From contig CAYYXE010000002.1 of assembly GCA_964475655.1 (NCBI GenBank), positions 1-63,778 of the forward strand: 63,778 nt of DNA, in the 5' to 3' direction. Positions 36,616 to 44,551 of the stretch are shown one piece after another. This DNA comes from an uncultured Candidatus Saccharibacteria bacterium. GTDB lineage: Bacteria > Patescibacteriota > Minisyncoccia > Phycocordibacterales > UBA9973. Position 1 is the stretch's first letter. Every line of letters starts with the position of its first letter. A program made the position numbers and the translations under genes. Under the pieces are notes generated by a model. The model saw only the letters and a program-made list of their open reading frames with translations. It did not search any database and had not been told where the DNA came from.

Positions 36616-36688
36616 GGGCCAGGTGCAAAAAATAATTTTTAAAAAATGTGTTCGGAATTTTTTAAAAATTATTTTTTGCACCTGGCCC
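36616..36688. repeat. perfect 31-bp inverted repeat (11-nt spacer) between ruvB and ruvC
   Basis: gggccaggtgcaaaaaataatttttaaaaaa / ttttttaaaaattattttttgcacctggccc, with loop tgtgttcggaa. Confidence 0.95.
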
Positions 36689-36694
36689 TAGAGA

Positions 36695-37717
36695 CTATTT
36701 GTCGAGATACTCTCTCCCTTTCTCAGTCAGTACTCTTCCTCTCGGAGTGCGTTCGATGAGGCCAAGCTGGATGAGATAGGGCTCCACGACATCTTCGATC
36801 GTTCCTTCATCTTCGCCAGTCGCTGCGGCGAGATTCTTCACACCAGTCGGACCACCACCAAACTTCTCTTTGAGTGTGCGGAGTATTTCGATGTCGCTTT
36901 TGGAGAGACCATGGTCATCAAGTCCCAGAAGTGTAAATGCTTCTTTTACTGATTCTTCGGTAATTTCTTTTTTGTGCATTTGTGCATAGTCGCGCACACG
37001 ACGAAGCAAGTAGTTGGCGATGCGGGGGGTTTGACGAGAGCGTCCGGCGATTGCATCAAGCTCGCTCTGGGGAAGAGAGATGTCGAGGATGGATGCAGAG
37101 CGCGCGAGGATCGTCGAGATTTCTTCGGGTGTATAAAACTCAAGTCGGAATGCGCCGCCTGAGAAACGCGTGCGAAGCGGGGCAGAGAGCATGCCAAATC
37201 TGGTCGTTGCACCGACAAGCGTAAATGGCGGCAGATCAAGCTGCACGGTGCGCGCAGAGGGACCCTTGCCGATCATGATGTCCATTTTGCCGGTCTCCAT
37301 GACGGGATAGAGGACCTCCTCGATGGCTTTGTTGAGACGGTGGATCTCGTCGATAAAGAGCATGTCACCCGGCTTGAGGTTGGTCAGTATTGCTGCAAGG
37401 TCACCGACACGCTCAATCGCAGGCCCTGACGTCACGCGCAAGTTTGCACCGACCTCCTTTGCGATCACGTGTGCAAGCGTGGTCTTCCCAAGTCCTGGTG
37501 GGCCATAAAAGAGGATGTGTTCGGGCGCATGACCGCGACTTTTGGCAGCACCGATCAAGATACTGAGGTTCTTTTTGATCTGAGACTGACCGATGTAATC
37601 GTCAAATGTACCCGGACGCAACACAGTATCAGAGAACTGATCATCGCGGGGAATATTTGGGGTAAGTGGGGGGATGCTTGACATATTTATTATATATGCT
37701 ATCATGTGACTAGACAT
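36695..37717 (-). CDS. ruvB: Holliday junction branch migration helicase RuvB
   Basis: Walker A GPPGLGKTTLA, Walker B LFIDEIHR and a winged-helix C-terminus. Confidence 0.95.
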   Translation of the reverse strand: MSSHMIAYIINMSSIPPLTPNIPRDDQFSDTVLRPGTFDDYIGQSQIKKNLSILIGAAKSRGHAPEHILFYGPPGLGKTTLAHVIAKEVGANLRVTSGPAIERVGDLAAILTNLKPGDMLFIDEIHRLNKAIEEVLYPVMETGKMDIMIGKGPSARTVQLDLPPFTLVGATTRFGMLSAPLRTRFSGGAFRLEFYTPEEISTILARSASILDISLPQSELDAIAGRSRQTPRIANYLLRRVRDYAQMHKKEITEESVKEAFTLLGLDDHGLSKSDIEILRTLKEKFGGGPTGVKNLAAATGEDEGTIEDVVEPYLIQLGLIERTPRGRVLTEKGREYLDK

Positions 37718-37737
37718 ATATATTCTACCTTAAGAAG

Positions 37738-37878
37738 GCACTAATCTCTAAGCAGTCAGCCCATGTGGTTCTAGGTTTACGCGCAGGACGTTCTGGTTGC
37801 GACTGGGGCCATCCTACAACTATTCTTTACTTATATCTTTTTAATTTATAAGGACTGTTTAGAGATTAGTGCTTTTTT
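37738..37878 (+). ncRNA. candidate structured RNA or MITE-like element: 20-bp closing stem plus U-tract
   Basis: gcactaatctctaagcagtc (37738..37757) pairs with gactgtttagagattagtgc (37853..37872) with one G-U pair, followed by TTTTTT. The 95-nt interior has a GC-rich 5' half and an AT-rich 3' half. Confidence 0.35.
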
Positions 37879-37910
37879 AAATACTATTTTGAACTTTTAA
37901 AAAATAAAAA

Positions 37911-38246
37911 ATGAAACATAATTTCCCGTCATACGAAATTGTCGCCAGTGATATATCAATACTGGTGGGTAAAAAACTTTTTGTAAGATTTGCTTTCTCT
38001 ATAGCTGGTGACGATGAATTCCATTTACAAGAGGACTGTTTTGTTATTAAACACGTAGCTCATGATTGTGGTGAAAAAGAAATTTTCATTCAGCAAAAAG
38101 TGGCAAGTTTCGAAGTAGGGGAAGAATCGTATACGTTAGGGTTTCGAATTTCAGAAAAGAAGGGTCTTCAATTCTGGTATTCAGAAGGGGAGGATAATTC
38201 CGATAAGAAACTTGATGAAGGAAAAACAGAAATCAAACTTATCTAA
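37911..38246 (+). CDS. hypothetical protein (AT-rich orphan)
   Basis: 111-aa ORF followed by a terminator. No family recognised. Confidence 0.45.
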   Translation: MKHNFPSYEIVASDISILVGKKLFVRFAFSIAGDDEFHLQEDCFVIKHVAHDCGEKEIFIQQKVASFEVGEESYTLGFRISEKKGLQFWYSEGEDNSDKKLDEGKTEIKLI

Positions 38247-38253
38247 AAAGAAC

Positions 38254-38283
38254 AAAGAGCCTTTATACGGCTCTTTTATTTTT
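38254..38283. terminator. bidirectional terminator between convergent genes
   Basis: Stem aaagagcc / ggctcttt, with a T-run on plus and an A-run on the left. Overlaps the pilB stop codon. Confidence 0.6.
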
Positions 38284-40000
38284 CATACAAATCGACAACA
38301 CTCTTCACCTCCTCAAAGTCAGTCTTTCCTTGGAGGATCTTGATCAGTCCATCTTCTTTCATATCAAGTGTGCCTTGTGCATCCGCGATCTTTTTGATCT
38401 CGCGTTCGCTGGGGGATTCCACGATTATTTTTTCAATATGTTCGTCAGTCTGGATCACTTCAAATATACCGATACGCCCTTTGTAGCCAGTGTTGTTGCA
38501 CTGCGCACAGCCTTTTGCGGCCCAGAGCTTTTCAGTATCTTTTGTTACACCAAACTGTTCCATATTTTTGCCTTTGGCCACCGCTTCATTCCAAATTGTT
38601 TCGATCAACGTCTTTTCTTCGGGGGTTGTCGCACGTTCTTCTTTGCAGTGTGGACACAGTGTGCGCACGAGACGTTGCGCGATAGAGAGTGAGAGAGCTG
38701 ATACCAAGATCTTGGGATTTACATCGAGATCAATGAGACGGGGGATCACACCTTGGGCGTTGTTGGTGTGGAGTGTCGAGAAGACGAGGTGACCCGTGAG
38801 TGCAGACTCCACCGCGATCTTTGCGGTCTCAGGATCGCGGATTTCTCCGACCATCATCACATCGGGATCTTGGCGAAGTGCACTACGCAACCCTTCGAGG
38901 AAGGTATACCCCTTTTTGTGATCGACTTGGGTCTGTGTGATGCCGGCGAGGTGGTACTCGATCGGGTCTTCGATAGTAATGATTTTGATTTCAGGGGAGT
39001 AGATCTTTTGGAGGAATGCATAGAGTGTTGTCGTCTTGCCGGACCCGGTCGGACCCGTGAGCAGGATCATGCCGTTTGGCTTACGGATTTCTCTCATAAA
39101 GATATCAAACATCGGCGGAAGGATGCCGAGATCTTCGAGTCCCACTCGTATGGATTTGGGATTAAGTATTCGGAGCACGATAGACTCGCCATACGCACCA
39201 GGGATGAGCGAGGTACGGAAATTGATCTCGACCTCCTCGGTACCTTTGTCAGTCTTTTGAGTCATAAATGCACTAAAGCGCCCATCTTGGGGATTGCTTG
39301 AGATCGTGAGCTTGAGACCTGAGAGAAGCTTGATGCGGGTATTGAGTTGTTTGTATGTTGCACCAGTCACCGTAGTGATGATGCGGAGCACCCCATCCAG
39401 ACGAAATCGCAATTCCACTGCTTCTTCCATGGGTTCGATATGTACGTCAGATGCGCCAATACCGATTGCTGCTCCAAGTATCACCTCAAGTACTCGTGAG
39501 AGGTGGTGGGTCTCATCCTCATCCGTTAGCGCTCCTTGTATTTCTGATACCGCATCTTCGATGTTGTTGACCTTTTCGGCAAGTTCTGCGAGTACGTCTT
39601 GGGAGATATCGAGCCCTCCGGCACGGCTCCTGGTCGCAAACGAGAGGTCTTCGTATCGGCTCCATACCTTGGATATGCTTGCCTCGCTCGCCATCACCAT
39701 CTCTACGTCATACCCCTTTGCTTCGAGCATGTCCTTGGCACGCAGTGCGCCATCGGCGATAGGAGAGCGGACTGCCAGAGATACCCTTTTGCCGACGAGC
39801 TTGTACGGAGCGACGTCGAGTGCTCGCGCATCCTTCTCTTCGAGAAGTCTGATCGCATCGTTGTCGATGGGGAGCGCCTTGAGGTCGACCGAAGGGACGC
39901 CGTAGCGACTAGTCGCGAGCATGGCGACCAAGCCTTCCTCCTCCTCACCGCGGAGCTGGTCGTAGCGCTTTTGCTGTTCTTCTTCGTCAAAGTGAACCAT
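38276..40000 (-). CDS. pilB: type IV pilus assembly ATPase PilB (GspE family)
   Basis: 574 aa with an N-terminal GSPII_E_N-like domain, Walker A LLTGPTGSGKTTT, Asp box, Walker B and a tetra-Cys motif CPHC...CAQC. Confidence 0.9.
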   Translation of the reverse strand: MVHFDEEEQQKRYDQLRGEEEEGLVAMLATSRYGVPSVDLKALPIDNDAIRLLEEKDARALDVAPYKLVGKRVSLAVRSPIADGALRAKDMLEAKGYDVEMVMASEASISKVWSRYEDLSFATRSRAGGLDISQDVLAELAEKVNNIEDAVSEIQGALTDEDETHHLSRVLEVILGAAIGIGASDVHIEPMEEAVELRFRLDGVLRIITTVTGATYKQLNTRIKLLSGLKLTISSNPQDGRFSAFMTQKTDKGTEEVEINFRTSLIPGAYGESIVLRILNPKSIRVGLEDLGILPPMFDIFMREIRKPNGMILLTGPTGSGKTTTLYAFLQKIYSPEIKIITIEDPIEYHLAGITQTQVDHKKGYTFLEGLRSALRQDPDVMMVGEIRDPETAKIAVESALTGHLVFSTLHTNNAQGVIPRLIDLDVNPKILVSALSLSIAQRLVRTLCPHCKEERATTPEEKTLIETIWNEAVAKGKNMEQFGVTKDTEKLWAAKGCAQCNNTGYKGRIGIFEVIQTDEHIEKIIVESPSEREIKKIADAQGTLDMKEDGLIKILQGKTDFEEVKSVVDLYEK

Positions 40001-40172
40001 AGGTGTCTACAGTATAGCCCAAAACCCCCAAAATACGCCCTAAAATGGGCACTTTTTGGTCCATCCGCCACCCTAGATTGCCCGAGGGGTGGGTAGTTGA
40101 CAAAAGATGAGAGATATGCTAATATAAAGAAAAATCGTAAACAAAATTTTTAAACCGATAAATTTAAAAACT

Positions 40173-41246
40173 ATGGCTCTTTCAAAACTAAAGTCAGTAT
40201 TTGTGTTGCTTATCGTAGCACTAACTGCAAACGCACAAAATGATCCGTTTATGGATTGGGGTGGAGATCCTCCTCCTGCTGAAACAGTAACAAAAGCAAA
40301 CATTATCAGTGGCCTTAAATCAGTAATGCAAGGACAATTGCCCGCTGGGGCAGATCCTAAAAAACACACAGTGCATTGCACTCGTGAAAACTTCATTAGT
40401 GTCATCAGTGAAACTGCGTACAATGAATTGCTTGCCGCGCCGGCCGAAAAAATTGAGTTTATCTTAAGTGACGGAACTGAGATAAACAACGGCATTAAGA
40501 ACGGCAAAACAGTATCAACAGGCAAAACGCTTGATAAGGGCATTCCTTTGATCGCCTTTACTGCTTCAAATGGCGAACGGGTAAAGATTAAGTATGGCAA
40601 TAATGGTTGTTACAATCCTCAGGGACCACTTCGTGATCCTGATGAAAGGAAAACAACCACTCCGCCACCACCGCCCCCTACACAGGCAACAAACCCTTGG
40701 CCACTTGCAGTAGTGAGTAACATTACAGCTGCACCAGCAAGAGAAATGACCGCATGGGAATATCTTGGTGCATCAGGTGTTGCTGAAGCAAAGCAATTGA
40801 ATGCTATGTACAACGGTGTCGCCATCTTTAAAGACGGCGTATCAACCGGTGCATCGCTTAAAACTTGTTGTGGAAATAGCAATATAACCACAACGATTCA
40901 GCAGCCAGCAATACAAACTATTCAGCCGGCGTACATACCACAAGTTTCAACACAGACAGTTGTGGTAAAGGAAGGTGGTTCAAACTTTTGGGGTATGTTT
41001 GCAGGAAGTGCGCTCGGTACACTGGGTGGAACACTGCTCGGGAATGCGATTAATGGAAATAGGGGTAATGCTTACATTTACCAATATCCAATCTATCAGC
41101 AGCCTATTCAGCAAGGATTTAATTACACAAACTTAAATCCTCCGCAGCAGCAAGTGTTCAACAACCAGCCGATTGGCGAACCTCAGTGGAACACCAGCCA
41201 GCTCAACGGAACGCTTTCGTTTGGACAGGGTGGAAACCCGTTGTAA
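40173..41246 (+). CDS. secreted protein with a poly-Pro tract and a Gln/Asn-rich C-terminus, hypothetical
   Basis: Signal peptide VFVLLIVALTANA, a TTTPPPPPPTQ tract and a Q/N/Y-rich tail. AT-richer than neighbouring genes. Confidence 0.5.
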   Translation: MALSKLKSVFVLLIVALTANAQNDPFMDWGGDPPPAETVTKANIISGLKSVMQGQLPAGADPKKHTVHCTRENFISVISETAYNELLAAPAEKIEFILSDGTEINNGIKNGKTVSTGKTLDKGIPLIAFTASNGERVKIKYGNNGCYNPQGPLRDPDERKTTTPPPPPPTQATNPWPLAVVSNITAAPAREMTAWEYLGASGVAEAKQLNAMYNGVAIFKDGVSTGASLKTCCGNSNITTTIQQPAIQTIQPAYIPQVSTQTVVVKEGGSNFWGMFAGSALGTLGGTLLGNAINGNRGNAYIYQYPIYQQPIQQGFNYTNLNPPQQQVFNNQPIGEPQWNTSQLNGTLSFGQGGNPL

Positions 41247-41385
41247 ACTGACTTTAACAGTACCCTTCAAAGGATTGGTGGTCCACCATCAATCCTTTTA
41301 TTCTTTAGTACTTCAGGCTCCATGCCCGGATTTGGAGTACTAAAGAGTAATTAGTCGATATTTAATCGAAATAACGTATATATTT

Positions 41386-43392
41386 ATGAACAAATTTATT
41401 ATTACAGCTCTCGCAGCACTTACACTCACCTTTGGTGTGTCTATTTCGCATGCACAGGCTGCATGTACACTCACTCGTTTTTCTGCCTCTCCAACAAGTG
41501 TTGGATACGGAGGAAGTTCAACAGTTACCTGGGCTACGAGTGGCTGTGACACGGTGTCTATTACGCCGGCACAGTACCCAGACAACCGTCCTCCATCAGG
41601 AAGTACGGGGACCGGTCCGCTTACGCAGACCACTACATTTACTGCTATTGGTCACACCTATTCGGGAAGCGTCAGTAATGCGCTTAGTGTTACCATTACC
41701 GTAACCGGCAATGGTGGTACTACGCCGACCACTAGTTGTAAGCCGCTTTCGTTTACTGCACAGGAATACACTGTACAGGAAGGAGAAGGAACAGTGCTTC
41801 ACTGGGATACCCAGGGTTGTGATCATGTAGCGATCCATCCTGCAGACTATCCAGGAGACCGTCCTCCTTATGGAAGTATTTCAACTGGTGCAATTTTGCA
41901 CACGACTGAATATACACTCACTGCATATTATGCAGACGGACGTATTGGTGGCCAACGGTTTCTTACGATCAACGTAGGTGGATCAAATAACAACGGGAAC
42001 AGTTGTCAGATTGATAGCTTTACTGCAGACGATACTACTCTTGATGAAGGGGACTCAACCGACCTCAATTGGCGTACGACTGGCTGTGACTATGTCGACA
42101 TTGATTCAAATGATCGTGATTTCAACAATCTCGACACAGATGATTCTGTTTCAGTAAGTCCTGACAGTACGACTACTTATACGCTTCGCGCGTATGATGT
42201 AAATGGCAATCTTGGCGATACTGATACAGTGCGCATCAACGTTGATGAACAAAACAATGACCAGTGTTACATCGATAGCTTCTCTGCAAGTCCTTCGAAC
42301 ATTTCGCAGGGCAACAGCTCAACGCTTCGTTGGAACACTTCAGGAGACGTAGACTACGTTACCATTAGCAATTTCTCAGGAAATCGCAGTGAAGACGGAT
42401 CGCTCTCTGTAAGTCCCTATAGTACGACAAGTTACACGCTTCGCGCGTACTGTAACAACGGCGACAGCCGCACGCAGTCAACGACCGTGTACGTAAACCA
42501 AGTAGATCAGTCATCTGCACCACAGGCGATCACGACTATTGCAAATGTATTGAATGGTACCCAGGCTCGCCTCAATGGTATTGCGATTCCGCATACTACG
42601 ACAGGCAGCACCACTGCGTGGTTTGAATGGGGAGTCGGAGGGAATTATCCCAACCGTACTACCTCACAAAACATTTCGCTTGGCGTAAACTCATACCCAT
42701 ACAGCGATACCCTTTCGGGCCTCACTGCAGGGGTGACGTATACCTATCGTGCAGTAGTGCAGAACCAATACGGTACTGCCTACGGTGCACCGGCATCATT
42801 CCGTACTTCTACTCCATCACCAGTACCTGTCGTACGGAATACCGTTCGGAATGTAGTGGTAGCCCAGAGCGCAGCCTCACTTCTCGAACTCCGAGTAGAA
42901 AGCAACTACGATCGCATGTGTGTAAACGGTCTCATCGACTACACTATTAGTTACAAAAACATTTCAAGTCAGACGCTTGAAAACGCAGTATTGCAGTTTA
43001 CCAACCCAACTGAGATCACGTATCTCACGGCATCTCGCGGCAACTACGACGTAGTAACCCGCACGATGACGATTGCGCTTGGCAATGTTGCACCAAATGA
43101 GCAAGGATTTATCACGGTACACGCTCGTATCAACGATACGGCAGTCCGCGGCAACCTTGCAGTCGCAACTGCATCAGTGGTGTATACAAATAGTAAGACC
43201 CACGCACAAGAAGACGCAACTGCATATTCATTGATCACCGTATCAAATGATTGTCCAAATGGACTCGGTGCAAGTACGTTTGGATTTGGATCATTCCTTC
43301 CCAACACCTTGCTCGGATGGTTGCTCTTGATCCTCGTTATTCTCGCTCTTATCGTATTGGCTCGACAGTTCCAAAAGAAACCGTCAGCATAA
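41386..43392 (+). CDS. cell-surface protein: four tandem Ig-like repeats + FN3-like + DUF11-like domain + C-terminal TM anchor
   Basis: Signal peptide. Four repeats of ~95 aa each start with C..(S/D)F(S/T)A and end TY(T/L)L(R/T)AY. The DUF11-like segment reads TIALGNVAPNEQGFITVHARIND. The C-terminus is LLGWLLLILVILALIVLARQFQKK. Confidence 0.7.
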   Translation: MNKFIITALAALTLTFGVSISHAQAACTLTRFSASPTSVGYGGSSTVTWATSGCDTVSITPAQYPDNRPPSGSTGTGPLTQTTTFTAIGHTYSGSVSNALSVTITVTGNGGTTPTTSCKPLSFTAQEYTVQEGEGTVLHWDTQGCDHVAIHPADYPGDRPPYGSISTGAILHTTEYTLTAYYADGRIGGQRFLTINVGGSNNNGNSCQIDSFTADDTTLDEGDSTDLNWRTTGCDYVDIDSNDRDFNNLDTDDSVSVSPDSTTTYTLRAYDVNGNLGDTDTVRINVDEQNNDQCYIDSFSASPSNISQGNSSTLRWNTSGDVDYVTISNFSGNRSEDGSLSVSPYSTTSYTLRAYCNNGDSRTQSTTVYVNQVDQSSAPQAITTIANVLNGTQARLNGIAIPHTTTGSTTAWFEWGVGGNYPNRTTSQNISLGVNSYPYSDTLSGLTAGVTYTYRAVVQNQYGTAYGAPASFRTSTPSPVPVVRNTVRNVVVAQSAASLLELRVESNYDRMCVNGLIDYTISYKNISSQTLENAVLQFTNPTEITYLTASRGNYDVVTRTMTIALGNVAPNEQGFITVHARINDTAVRGNLAVATASVVYTNSKTHAQEDATAYSLITVSNDCPNGLGASTFGFGSFLPNTLLGWLLLILVILALIVLARQFQKKPSA

Positions 43393-43403
43393 TGCACCTA
43401 CGC

Positions 43404-43429
43404 AAAAACCCCTCATATGAGGGGTTTTT
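43404..43429 (+). terminator. rho-independent terminator
   Basis: aaaaacccctcatatgaggggttttt palindromic hairpin with a T-run. Confidence 0.7.
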
Positions 43430-43451
43430 GTATGTGTGATATGATCCCGCT

Positions 43452-43877
43452 ATGGAAATAACGTATACAGAACACGATACACAAGCTGTTGCCCAAAAGC
43501 TTTTGGCAATGCTGGAAAACGGTCCTATTGCAACCATAGTTGGTCTCTCTGGAGATTTGGGCGCTGGCAAGACGACACTTGTGAAAGCTATTGCAGAAAT
43601 TCTTGGAGTAAAAGAAACTATCACCAGCCCAACATTTGTGATTGCAAAATACTACAGAACTCGAGATCCAAAATTTACGGATCTTATTCATATAGATGCA
43701 TATCGTATTGAAGATCCAAAAGAGTTAGAAGTGTTGGGGTGGGAGAATATGAAAAAAGAACCAAACACCCTCATTGTGATTGAATGGCCAGAGAGGGTGG
43801 AGGAGTTATTACCAGGAGATGTAAAAAGGTTTGAGATTACGCATCAAGGAGAAGAGCGATCAATAAAGAAGATATAG
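43452..43877 (+). CDS. tsaE: tRNA t6A37 biosynthesis ATPase TsaE
   Basis: LSGDLGAGKTTLVKAIA, SPTF and HIDAYR motifs. Confidence 0.85.
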   Translation: MEITYTEHDTQAVAQKLLAMLENGPIATIVGLSGDLGAGKTTLVKAIAEILGVKETITSPTFVIAKYYRTRDPKFTDLIHIDAYRIEDPKELEVLGWENMKKEPNTLIVIEWPERVEELLPGDVKRFEITHQGEERSIKKI

Positions 43878-43919
43878 ATTGACATTTCGATGCAAAGTAA
43901 TAGATTATAGAAAAAACAT

Positions 43920-44468
43920 ATGGAAATAGAAATAAAAGTTCGAATAGAAAAAGGTGATAACCTCAAGCAATTTCTTGAAAGAGAAGGAACAAAAGCATAT
44001 ATCAACAAACAGGTAGATGAGTATTATACTCCAGCCCATGAAGATTTCACTGCTGTAGATCCAGTGATTGAATGGCTCCGTCTTCGTGATAGCGATGGGA
44101 AATTCTCTATAAACTACAAACATTGGCATCATGAATCTGATGGAAGAAGTCATCACTGCGATGAGTACGAGACAAAGATAGACAATATAGAAAGTCTTAG
44201 AAGTATTCTCACCGCACTGGATTTCAAACATCTGGTAACGGTCAATAAGCTTCGCTCGGTGTGGAGCTACAAGGAGTATGAAATCTCACTGGATAACGTC
44301 GAACAGCTCGGATCCTTTGTTGAAATAGAATACAAAGGAAATACTGACGATGTAGTACCGAGTGAGATAACTGAACAAATGCTTGCTTTCTTGAATGAGC
44401 TTGATTGTGGCGAATTACAAAGAGATTTTAGAGGGTATCCATATCTCCTACTGGAAATGAAAAAATAG
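43920..44468 (+). CDS. CYTH-domain protein (class IV adenylyl cyclase/triphosphatase family)
   Basis: N-terminal EIEIKVRI (ExExK) with a charged beta-barrel pattern. 182 aa. Confidence 0.8.
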   Translation: MEIEIKVRIEKGDNLKQFLEREGTKAYINKQVDEYYTPAHEDFTAVDPVIEWLRLRDSDGKFSINYKHWHHESDGRSHHCDEYETKIDNIESLRSILTALDFKHLVTVNKLRSVWSYKEYEISLDNVEQLGSFVEIEYKGNTDDVVPSEITEQMLAFLNELDCGELQRDFRGYPYLLLEMKK

Positions 44469-44476
44469 GAATTAGG

Positions 44477-44507
44477 ACAGGTCGTATATGCGACCTGTTT
44501 TCTTTTA
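44477..44507 (+). terminator. rho-independent terminator
   Basis: Stem acaggtcg / cgacctgt followed by a T-rich run. Confidence 0.6.
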
Positions 44508-44551
44508 TTGAAAGTAGCAAAAGTCTCTCTGGGGTAGTACAGTAAGAGCAT

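Noticed and set aside
37738-37878. Assignment of the 20-bp-stem element to SRP RNA, 6S RNA or tmRNA
   Set aside because: No GGAA-tetraloop/AGCA symmetric-loop SRP motif, no 6S-like central bubble of suitable size and no tRNA-like T-arm could be found. It is left as unclassified.
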